This document shows, piece after piece, positions 36,678 to 47,331 of a stretch of 64,000 bases of DNA (position 1 is the first letter of the stretch; every line of letters begins with the position of its first letter). Below the pieces are notes generated by a model. The model made no database searches. It saw nothing but the letters and a program-made list of their open reading frames with translations, and was not told where the DNA came from. The stretch is taken from positions 13,516,001-13,580,000 of the forward strand of contig JBHGNT010000017.1 of assembly GCA_043228905.1 (NCBI GenBank). The letters are read 5' to 3'. This stretch comes from Azolla caroliniana (taxonomy: Eukaryota > Plantae > Polypodiophyta). A program made the position numbers and the translations under genes.

Positions 36678-38792
36678 TCAATATTTGTTCTTGCTATCAC
36701 TATAATCCCCAAAAGAGTCATCCTCAAATGCATTTCCAAATGAATCGTTCTCAAATGGAAAAGATTCCTTCTCGGATTTCTTTCCAAAACCAGAGCTCCC
36801 AAAATCACTACTGTCAAAAGTGTCTTTGCTTGAAGATTGGAAGGAGTCGTCGTTATCAAAACTATCTTTGGAAGAGTCCGTGCCAAGGCTACCAGAAGAA
36901 CCTCCAGACCCAAATGCAGATGCATTGCTAAATGAAGAGCTATACGATGAATCACTGCCACCGCCACCAAATGAAGAGCCAGACCTTGACTCTCCATATC
37001 CCATGCTTCCTCCACCATAGCCACCAAAAGATCGTCCAGAAGGAGCTTTCTCGATCGCAAAATCCACCCGAACATTTCTACCATTCAGAGTCTATATAAA
37101 AACTCATTTGAGTAAGACAAATGACCATTAACCATAGGACACATTCATGAAATTTACTTTATTTCCCCAAGTATTTAAGTTGTTTTTTTCCTGATCTCCC
37201 CACATGCACAATTATATGGCCATTCATCTTTCTTCAAGTGAGTAATAACAAAAACCTAAGGGCATTTAAGGAAATGCAGAAAACCCCCGGGAATTTCTGA
37301 GATTTCACCCAGATTACTTTAGCACTAATACAATAAAGAGAAAAAAATCCCAATCCCCTTAACTTTTGAGCTATTTACCAGAAAATCCCTTACAGTTTCC
37401 AGAAACTATAAGGGGTATTCTCATAAGGAGTCAAAACATTAGGAGGTACTTTGGTATTTTTCCCACTATAATAGAAGAGTCTTGGGCCTCTACTTGTCCA
37501 TCCATGCTCTTCTTGGCCGATTCAGCATCATCTGTAGACATAAAACTGACAAACCCAAAGCCTTTAGACCGCCCCGTCTCTCTATCTTGCACCACTTTGA
37601 CTGTATCGTTCCAAAAAGATGGTGTACTTACGTTAGTTGAGCAAACACAAACAAAACAAATACACAGGTTGAAATTACCAGAAAACATGCATACCTTCAG
37701 ATATTTGACCGTATGATGAGAAGGCATCTCTCAGGGAATGCTCATCAGTAGACCAGGAGAGACCTGAATTTCAAAACAAAATTAAATTCAACAAATCTCT
37801 CACTCTGTCACATATATATTCTAATTGTAAGTCGTATATTAAGGTCAAGATCCTGCAGTTCCTGCCAGACAGCCTTATCTGAACTACCCCCTTTCGCATT
37901 CTCATATTCCAGTTTTGGCTTTTACCGATACTAATATTATAACTTGGCTCATTTCTTCTTTCTATTTATTTCATTTATTTTCACTTCTTCTCTGTATTTC
38001 CTTTCCTTTCTTCTCTCTCATGTGACCTTTTGAGCTTTTAGCAAACATTGATACTACAATTCATTTAATGGCTTCTCTCTTTCATTCCATTTCCCTTTTA
38101 TTTCTTCAATCCACTTCATTTCATTGCCCTTGATTTCTCCTCTCTTTTGTTTGTTTCCTTTCATTCTTTCTCTCTTTCGTTCATTTTCTTTCATTCTTTA
38201 TTGCTATCATTCATTTCCCTTCATTCCTTTTCTATTTCATTTGTGTCCTTTCATTCCTTGTCTCTTTCTTTGGCTTCTTCACTCTTTTTTTCATTTCTTC
38301 TCTTTATTTATCTATATTTCTGTGGCTGATGCAGATTTTGCTGCTGCAAGATTCATCTTATCCAAGAAAATGCCACTGATCCCTCTTCCATATAACAGTC
38401 ACCATATTTGCATACCAATTTACTTGTATGTGTGTCTGTAAGAAAATGCCACTGAACCCCTCTTCAAAATGGTCGATATAATCGCATACCAATTTCCTTG
38501 TATGTATGTATGTAAGCATTTATGATTGTATGTATGGTAAACGCAGTCCCCCTGAAACAGTATGTATGTATGTATGTATGTATGTATGTATGCATTTATG
38601 GTTGTATGTATGGTAAACGGAGTCCTCCTGAAACAGAGAGAGGAACTAACCTCCAATGAAGAGTTTGTGGGAGACTCCCGAAGACATGGAGCGGCAGAGG
38701 AGGAGTTGGTGATGATGATGACACTGGTGGTGGTTCTGAAGGCGGCCAAGAAGGGAGCGCCAAAGGGTGTTGGTGGAGGACCTGAAGGCCAT
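36678..38792 (-). CDS. Mitochondrial glycine-rich RNA-binding protein (single RRM; GR-RBP3/5, ORRM3/4-like), 243 aa. Exons 38792-38651, 37763-37695, 37600-37494, 37091-36678
   Basis: Transit-peptide-like MAFRSSTNTLWRSLLGRL..RSMSS, RNP2 KLFIGGL, RNP1 KGFGFVSF, LNGRNVRVDFA, Gly/Ser-rich then acidic tail. GT-AG introns give an open frame. Confidence 0.9.
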
Positions 38793-39171
38793 CGCAGGAG
38801 GTGCTGGCTACTGCAGGAGCCCTACACAAATTACAGACAGAAAGAGATAGGGAGCGATGGAGGGAGAGGAGAGGACTCTGTTCTGTGCCGCCGCCGATGA
38901 ATGGATGGATGGATCGATTTGCAGGCGTAATAGCGTCTTCTTCTTCTTTCTTTCTTTCTTTCCTTCTATTTTGTTCTTCTCTGATTAAAAGTTAAAAGAG
39001 TGTTCATTGAGAGTTAAGAGTGTGTAGGGTTTTTTTAGTTATAGTTTTGTGTGCTTTTCTTATTCTTTTTTGTTTACATGTTAGTTTCCTTTCGTCGGAG
39101 GAGGAGCCGATCGATTGACCGACGGAGAGATGAGTCCCAGACATCTCTGCTTCATTCGGAGATAGATAGAT

Positions 39172-39390
39172 AGATTATATTATCGTCTTCGGAGGTCAAA
39201 TATGACCTATGAGACCAAAAATATTACATTTTCACGTGATACGTGTGAAAGTGAGTAGTGACTCTCGACGTTCAAGATCTTTACCAATGAATGTTGCCAT
39301 CGGGAGTGCACATTGTGGTTGTGAGAGAAATTCGTGCAAGGATTGGGCTCGGTCGAAGAGATGTGGAAAGCATGGTCGAATATGATCAAA
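39172..39390 (-). mobile_element. 5'-truncated RTEX-like LINE stub (3' end only)
   Basis: Near-identical to 42682-42900 and 52365-52583; (ATCT)n tail. Confidence 0.9.
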
Positions 39391-39403
39391 GCTAATTACA
39401 ATA

Positions 39404-39479
<76 letters not shown>

Positions 39480-39482
<3 letters not shown>

Positions 39483-40316
39483 AGAATTAGAATTAGAATT
39501 TTTATCGTCCATAAAGAGGCCAATTTTGACCTATGGGACCAAAGTATACATGTGTTCTTGATATATGTCTCCTTCCTAAGAAGGGGTATTCATACGTTGA
39601 AGCACAAAGTCTTTATGTGTTAGTAAAGCATACACATATGAGCTCAACCTTCTAGGTGGTGTCTTAAGTATGGCACTTAAATTATCACTCCCTCTTAGTA
39701 TGTCAGCATATCTTGAACGAATTGCACTATATGTCGAGCATGTGAAGAGCAAGTGACGTTCATCCTCTACCATGCCTTCGTTGCATACTTTACATGTCTT
39801 CAAATTCGTTACATTTTGATGCCATGATGCAACTTCAATATCTAACTTGTGAGATCGAGTGTGAAGTAGTGTAAGGGCTCTACGAGCATTACTCCTCATA
39901 TTGGTAATGAGATAAGGTTGGATACGATCAATAGACATTCTTGCTTTATATTGAGACTAACATTCAGGGTTGACATTTGCAATGTAGTATTCTAGCTTTG
40001 TCCTCTTAGCATCCTCCCACTTCATCCTTAATGATTCCACCAACCTTTCCTCAATCATTACATACTGCATAGCATTGCCCGAAAGCTCTAAAAGATCATC
40101 CACACCCCATCTTCTAAACCATTTCCTTATGTCAACAACCCAACCAGACGAGAGAATCTTACTTTTATGATTCTTTTGTAGCTTACATCCAACATTCCAA
40201 GCAAGATGTGGTAATCGATGATTCGGCATATTCTTGACTTTTGTAATGTATTTATATACTCTTTGGAGTGCCAATAGTTTTATGGGTCGAACACCCGTTT
40301 CCAAGAGCATAACCTG

Positions 40317-40318
<2 letters not shown>
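39480..40318 (-). mobile_element. 5'-truncated RTEX-like LINE, second subfamily
   Basis: MLLETGVRPI..HRLPHLAW..RSHKLDIE..CKVC..EDERHLLFTC; (ATTCTA)n tail; flanked by (GA)n on both sides. Confidence 0.85.
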
Positions 40319-40376
<58 letters not shown>

Positions 40377-40379
40377 AAG

Positions 40380-40731
40380 AGAGCGCTTCAATTGGTAAGG
40401 TTGCTCAATGGAGACCAGGAGGTCATCTAGTGAATTAAGAGATATGTATGAAGTATGTAATAGAGAGGTGAGAAAATTGTGTTTCGAACCCAAGATGTAG
40501 TGCTTGTAGTGTGACAACTTACTAGTAAGGTAAGCTAATTACAATAAAAAAAGACCGAGAGGGAGGGAGAGAGATGCCCAGACCGAGAAGTCATGGGTTC
40601 AACCCCTAATTCCATAGAGTGACATGTATTGAATTAAGAGATATGTATGAAGTAATAGAGAGGTGAGAAAATTGGGTTTCAACCCAAGAACTAGTGCTTA
40701 TCGTGTAACAACTTACCACTAGTGTAAGCTA

Positions 40732-40783
<52 letters not shown>

Positions 40784-40866
40784 GAGAGGTGAGAAAATTG
40801 GGTTTCAGCCCAAGACCTAGTGTTTGTTGTGTAACAACTTACCACTAGGGTAAGCTACTTACAATA
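40380..40866. repeat. Three copies of an ~85-bp tRNA-like (SINE-head-like) unit separated by microsatellites
   Basis: Units at about 40460-40545, 40655-40735 and 40782-40866. Minus strand reads TAGCTTAC..AGTGGTAAG (A-box-like)...GGGTTCGAAAC/GGGTTGAAACCC (B-box-like). Confidence 0.6.
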
Positions 40867-40884
40867 TAAGAGAGAGAGAGAGAG

Positions 40885-42600
40885 GTCACCCACTAACTAT
40901 ATGGGTAGTGGAACATGTTCAATGGCAAGTGGCAATTTAGAATGCCAACTCCGTTTTAAGATTTGCCACCATCCATGATCAGAGTTATGTATTTTCCATT
41001 ATTTTTCAGTCGTCGATGATAGTCATCCAAGAGACTCAATGGTGCAATGATACAGAATATTAGTAGTCACTTGTAAACCGGTGTCTAACCCCCTAAACAC
41101 CAATCAATCCACAATTGTTCTTTTTTTTGTAAAGGTAAAGAACCTTGGATCAATGCAATATGTTGTAGTTATTGCCCGATAAACCCATAATTAGGCGATA
41201 TGAGTAATAATTGTTCCGCGTCAACAAACTCCAAATTCTTTGAGATGGAACCTCAACTATATCTCTCACCTCATTGACCCCGAAACGATTAAACTAATAG
41301 CTTAATCTCTCCTTTCGAAGCCAACATAATATAATTGAGAAGACACAAGTAAATCTTTTTGCAAGGAATTACAATGCTCTCTACTAGATGTTGGTTTCTA
41401 TATACATAACAAGAGTGCTTCTTGCCATGAGATAACCAAGTGTTGAAAACATGAAGAGGCAAGAATCTTAAGTGAAATACATTCGTTCAGTAATTGTCAC
41501 CATGAAGCGTTAATTGTTGTCCTCCCATGTGTTAAACCCTTGTTCACAATGAAGTATTGGACAATAGATATCCATGGTTGTGAGTCTGAACACATGTCTT
41601 GCAATAATGAAAATCCACAAATCATCGTATGCATCCAGATAAATGGGAGATAAGTCCAATACTCCAGCTCCGCCCAAGCGCTTAGGGGTTGCTAGATGAT
41701 TCCATGTAACCCATGCAATTCCCATCTTATCCCTCTTCCTCCACAACAAATATCAAAGAGGTTGCAAAACAGATTGCAAAGCCTTCTTTGTCCATGGCAA
41801 CAATGACATGTAATATAATATCATGGGTTCCATAATACAATGTACAACCTTCAAGCATACATGAAATTGCCAAGATTGTTACTTCCAATACATGAACTTA
41901 TCCCTTAAGTTACTAGACATCTATTCAATCAATTAACCATTTGTAACATTCATCCCCAATGGATATCCCAAGTGTCGAAAAATGGAGCCTTTCCTAACCA
42001 CAAATCCTTGCCATCCTAAACATTCCAAATTCCTTTCAGTACATGAGATGAGACTAGAATTCCTCCAATTAATATATAATGCGAAAGCCAATGCAAATTT
42101 GTTTCATACAAGCATCGCCCTCTCAAGATTCTCTCGTGAGGCTTGTAGAAACATGAAAGAATCATTTATTGAAGCTTGTGCTACTAGTTGCCCTCCAGAT
42201 GGAAGGCGTAAACCCACAATGTCACCATTTTTTGCAAGCCTTGATAACATCACTAACCAGGGATGAGTAACAATAGCAAACAACAATAGGCTAAATGGGT
42301 ATCATTGACAAAAAGATCTTGTGACGGTAATATCTTATGTAATTCCCCCATTAAGCATGACTCAACACACTACATCTTGTCTTGATAAAAATATGAGGCG
42401 AGACAAACATGGTCCAAAGCCCATTGTATGCATTAACCCAGAAACAAAGGACCAATTAACATGATCATAACCTTTCTCCAAATCTAACTGCACCATAGTC
42501 AATTCTTGATGACTGTGTTGTGCATTATCCATGAACATTCAACACATTATGCAATATATTCCTGTAAATAATTATGTTGAGTATCTATGTTAGGTGGAAT
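40885..42600 (-). mobile_element. Decayed L1-clade LINE RT fragment
   Basis: QLDLEKGYDHVNW, LLFAIVTHP, FRHLGYPLG, AWVTWNHLATPKRLGGAGVLD. Confidence 0.8.
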
Positions 42601-42628
42601 AGATTAGATGTGTGTTTGTGTTTGTGTT

Positions 42629-42683
<55 letters not shown>

Positions 42684-43642
42684 TTATATTATCGTCTTCG
42701 GAGGTCAAATATGACCTATGAGACCAAAAATATTACATTTCACGTGATACGTGTGAAAGTGAGTAGTGACTCTCGATGTTCAAGAACTTTACCAATGAAT
42801 GTTGCAATTGAGAGTGCACATTATGGTTGTGAGAGGAATTCATGCAAGGATTGGGCTCGGTCGAAGAGATGTGGAAAGCATGGTCGAATATGATCAAAGG
42901 TAGAGCATTGTATCAAAGTGTGATACTCAGACTCGCAAACTTGTTTAGGTCAAAGTGTGCATAGTTGGCTCATCACTTGTGCCCCAATGTTGTCTCACAT
43001 CACAATGCATGTGAGCTAAGTCGGATGGAAGCAATGGTTCGAATGGTAGATAACGGTATGGGGTCTAACATGTATCGATGTGTACGATTTCCCCGTTCCG
43101 CAAAGAATATGGTTTTGTGGTTAGGTGCAACATGTGTAGTATAATGTGTGAAGCGTGAGCCTCCACATTTGTCCCATGTCATGATACATTGGTGTTGCAA
43201 AAATGCCTCATTTACAAAGGAATCTAATGATGCATCATGAAGCAAGTGTCTCGCATCCCATCTACCAAACCATTTTTCTATATCTTGCATCCAATCAGAA
43301 CACAAAATTTTGCTTTTATGTGTCTTTTTGCTTGCTTCCCATGCAATTCTAGGAAGTCGATGTGAGGGACTTTTTTGAACCTTAAGCATGTATTCAACAA
43401 CCCTTTCCATGGCCATGATCTCAATGGGAAGTGATCCCGTCTCAAGGAGGACTAACCCTAAAACCTACAACAGGAGGAGGAGGAGGGTGTAGGGCGTTTG
43501 TTTCTTAACTTGTAGAAACTTTTTAAGAAAATGTTTTTGGACATTTTCAAATTCTTTCCACATAGATTTAGGGATGCTACCGCCCCATACTTCCACCCCA
43601 TAGAGAAGAACCGGTGTCACCAAAGTGTCGAAAAGATATTTC

Positions 43643-46484
43643 TGTCAGAACCAAGGATAAAAGATAGAGTGATGGAAGAAGGATAGAGAAGAATGGATGT
43701 ATAAGATAGAGAAAGAAAGAGAATGGATACAAGATATGTAATGAGAGCTAAAGACTGGTGTTGATTCGAATTGATTTGAGAATACATGTATGCGCTTATT
43801 TATAGGTTCCTATAGAATAGCTTAGAGATTTCTAGAATGTTCTAGAATGTTCTAGACCTAGAATGCTCTAGGACATTCTAGAACATTCTAGAATAATCTA
43901 GAGTTTTTACAATAATCAATGTAATACAAGAAGTAGCTTTTATTGTTTCATATAACAATAAGTTATCTTAATGGTTGAGGTTTTCAAGTATGAATTACAA
44001 GGTTCGAGGTTCAAGTCCGGGTGACGCCATAATGGTCATGTGTTCATGACACTATCCCTCCTTCGAGAACGCCGAGTGGAAGTCGGTGTTAACATTGTTG
44101 GGCCGGGCTTGTTTGGATAGTGACGATGGAAGTCGTTGACCAGAGCTTCAGCATTACAAATGTTATCGATGGGTTCCCAAGTGCGATCACTCGGAGGATA
44201 ACCAAGCCAATCAACTAGATAATAAAGCTTATTGCACACAATCTTAGAATCGAGAATAGCAGCTACCTCGTATTCGGGGCCGTCCACAAGTTGTACAGAA
44301 GGCGATGGTGGCACGACACGATCAGGAATTAAAGAGGTGTGGCAAGGTTCCAAAAGAGAGCTATGAAAGACAGGGTGAAGCCGCATATGTGCAGGAAGGT
44401 TAAGACGAAATGTTGCATCATTAATCTGCGCCGTGATGACAAAAGGACCTAAGCGTTGATAGTCAAGCTTAGCACACGGTCGGGTAGTCTTGATGTGACG
44501 ACGAAGCAACCATACACGGTCACCAACCTTAAACGGAGACTTAAGACGATGTCGATCGGCATTGGTCTTATGGTGTGCTTGCGCTTTCTGAAGATGTGAC
44601 GATAACTCAAACTGGATTTGTTGTAGTCGGTGGAGGTGATGCGCCGCACTAGGGTTTCGTGACACCTCGGGAAGATCCAGTATACACCATCGAGGGTGGT
44701 TGCCGGTGTAGGCAAAGAAAGGTGTAACTTTGGTAGAAGAGTGGACCGTGTTGTTGTATGCAAACTCAGCAAGATGTAAAATTTTACTCCAATCATCTTG
44801 TTGATAACTAATGAAACATCGAAGATATTGCTCGAGCGTTTGATTTGTGCGCTCTATTTGTCCGTCAGTTTGTGGATGATAAGCCGAAGAGAGTTTGCAA
44901 GAGATTTTGAGGCCTGCCCATAGGTGCTTCCAAAAGTGTGAGATAAATTGAGGACCTCGATCGCTAATAATATCATTCGGGAGACCATGATGGCAACACT
45001 TCACGCATAATGAGATCTGCAGTTTCTTCACTATTGATGGTCTTTACACATGGTACAAAATGTGCCATCTTGGTGAACCGATCCACTACTGTTAAAATAG
45101 TATCAAAGCCTTTGGAAGGTGGCAGATCCATAATGAAATCCATAGAAATAGACTGCCATGGCTTGTTGGGAGGGGGTAATGGTTGTAGTAAGCCATAAGG
45201 GTGATGTCGGGGTATTTTGGCGCGACAGCAGGTGTCACAAGTGCGAACATAATCTTTGACAAATTTTTGTGATCACTATAAATGATAATCTGATGAGGTG
45301 ATCCTTCTAGAAAATGACGCCATTGCTCGAATGAGTCGACCACAGCTAGTAACTCCTTGTCATGCACCTCATAGTTTATCTCCGAAACAGTAAACTTTCT
45401 CGAGTGAAACGCGACTGGATGTATCTGCCCGTCCTCGCCTGGTTGCGATAGGATACTCCCCAATGCAAAGTCTGATGCATCCGCCTCAATAGTAAATGGC
45501 TTTTCAGGATCAATATGTGCTAGGATGGGTGTTGATGTGAATGCCTCTTTTAGCTGCGTAAAAGCCTTGTCCGCTTTGATACTCCAAAAAAATGCTTGAT
45601 TTTTCTTGGTGAGTTGAGTAAGGGGCAACACAATGCTTGAATAATTATGTATGAATTTGCGATAGAAGTTCGCAAATCCGAGGAAACACTGGACATCCCG
45701 AACTGAGCATGGGGGTTTCCATTCCAATATTGTTTGGACTTTTGCCGGGTCCATGAAAACACCCTGGGATGAAATAGTGTATCCCAAAAATTCGACTTGT
45801 TTGCAATCAAAACTGCATTTCTCAAGTTTGGCGTAAAGACCATACTTCCTTAGGCATTCAAGTACTTGCCGCACATGTATATCATGCTCCCCCTGTGTTT
45901 TAGAGTAAATCAATAGATCATCTAGGTAGATGATTAGAAAAATATCCAAGAAATCCCGGAAGATGTCATTTGCCATATGTTGGAATACGGCAGGTGCATT
46001 TGTGAGCCCGAAAGGCATGACTGTATACTCGAAATGACCATACCGAGTACAAAATGATGTTTTCCACTCATCTCCTGGCCGAATTCGAACAAGATTATAT
46101 GCACCCCTTAGATCAATTTTGGTAAAATGCTTTGCCCCACCAATGCGTTCTAAGAGATTGGAGATTAAAGGTAAAGCATACCTATTCCTTATGGTGACTT
46201 TATTTAAGCCTCGATAGTCCACGACCAAACGAAGGGAGCCGTCCTTTTCCTTCACAAAAAAGATAGGAGCACCAGCTGGAGACTTTGAATGTCGAATAAA
46301 CCCATGTGCAAGATTTTCCTCGATGTATTCTCGAAGAACCTCAAGCTCAATGGGTGATAAATTGTAAATCGGACCCCACGGAGGCTCTTTTCCTGGTTGG
46401 AGATCAATAGGACAGTCGTACGGCCGATGCTTTGGAAGAACACTAGCTTTGACTTTGTCGAAAACATCAGCATAGTCTTGATAT
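43643..46484 (-). mobile_element. Ty3/gypsy chromovirus (Tcn1-like), 5'-deleted: RT-RH-IN-chromodomain + 3' LTR
   Basis: LRLVVDYRGLN, PFGLTNAPAVFQ, YLDDLL, EADASD, YHPQTDGQ.ER, chromodomain EYEVAAILDS..YLVDWLGY..TWEP. LTR 43643-44051 (TGTCA...TGACA), PPT AAGGAGGGATAG. Confidence 0.93.
43797..43903 (-). promoter_or_regulatory. LTR promoter: TATA box plus upstream heat-shock-element (nGAAn) array
   Basis: TATAAATA on the minus strand at 43797-43804; TTCtaGAAtgTTCtaGAAtgTTCtaGA at 43830-43856; TTCtaGAAcaTTCtaGAA at 43876-43893. Confidence 0.75.
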
Positions 46485-47331
46485 CTCCAAGATTGCATGT
46501 GTTCTCAAATGCATAGTATGCTCGCTTACCCGCCTCTAAGCGGCGTGGAGCACATTCATTCCATCTATGATTTGAAGGAACTTGAAGGCCAAGATATTTG
46601 AAGCTTTCCGCACATTCAAGTGGCTCATTGTTGTACATAATGCATAATTTATCTCTTTTTTGGCTCTTCACAAGCATAATCTTTGTTTTAGAGCTATTGA
46701 CACTTAATTTAGTATGCATGCAAATTTTTTCCAAATTATGCCTTCATAAGCTTTTGTGCATCTCCTAAAGTATTTGCAAAAAGCACTATATCATCTGCAT
46801 ATAGCAAAAGCATAATCACAACATTCCCAATGACAACTCTTCAACACATTCTTCCTTTGCAAACTTGGATACCATTTCTTCCAATTCATCAATGCATAGA
46901 CCAAATAGTGTTGGTGAGAGTGGGCATCCTTGCTTAACACCAATAATGCTTTTGAAAAAATCTGAAAGTTTATCTCTCATGTGCACACAACATATAACCT
47001 TCTCATAAATTTGGGAAATTGCAAGCATATATTCACTTGGCACCTCAAGTTCTTCCATTCGCCTCCAAAGATGCTCACGAGGTACGATATCAAAATCTTT
47101 CTTGAAGTCTACAAAGCAACAATATAAACCTTTACCTCTAAGGCGACTTTCCTCCATTAATACTCGAAGGGTGACAAGGTGATCAATGGTGCTATGGTAT
47201 TTTCGAAAGCTAGCTTGTCCATAAGCTCTCTTACCATTTTTTTCAGCCCATACACTTATCTTTGATTCCATTATACATCCAAACAGTTTTGCCATTAATG
47301 AGCCAACCATGATGGTTCAATAGTTGTTTAC

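Noticed and set aside
36650-37084. 144-aa overlapping hydrophobic ORF
   Set aside because: Alternative frame of the Gly/Ser-rich last exon of the RRM gene.
38124-38441. Phe/Leu-rich ORFs
   Set aside because: Low-complexity intronic CT-rich sequence.
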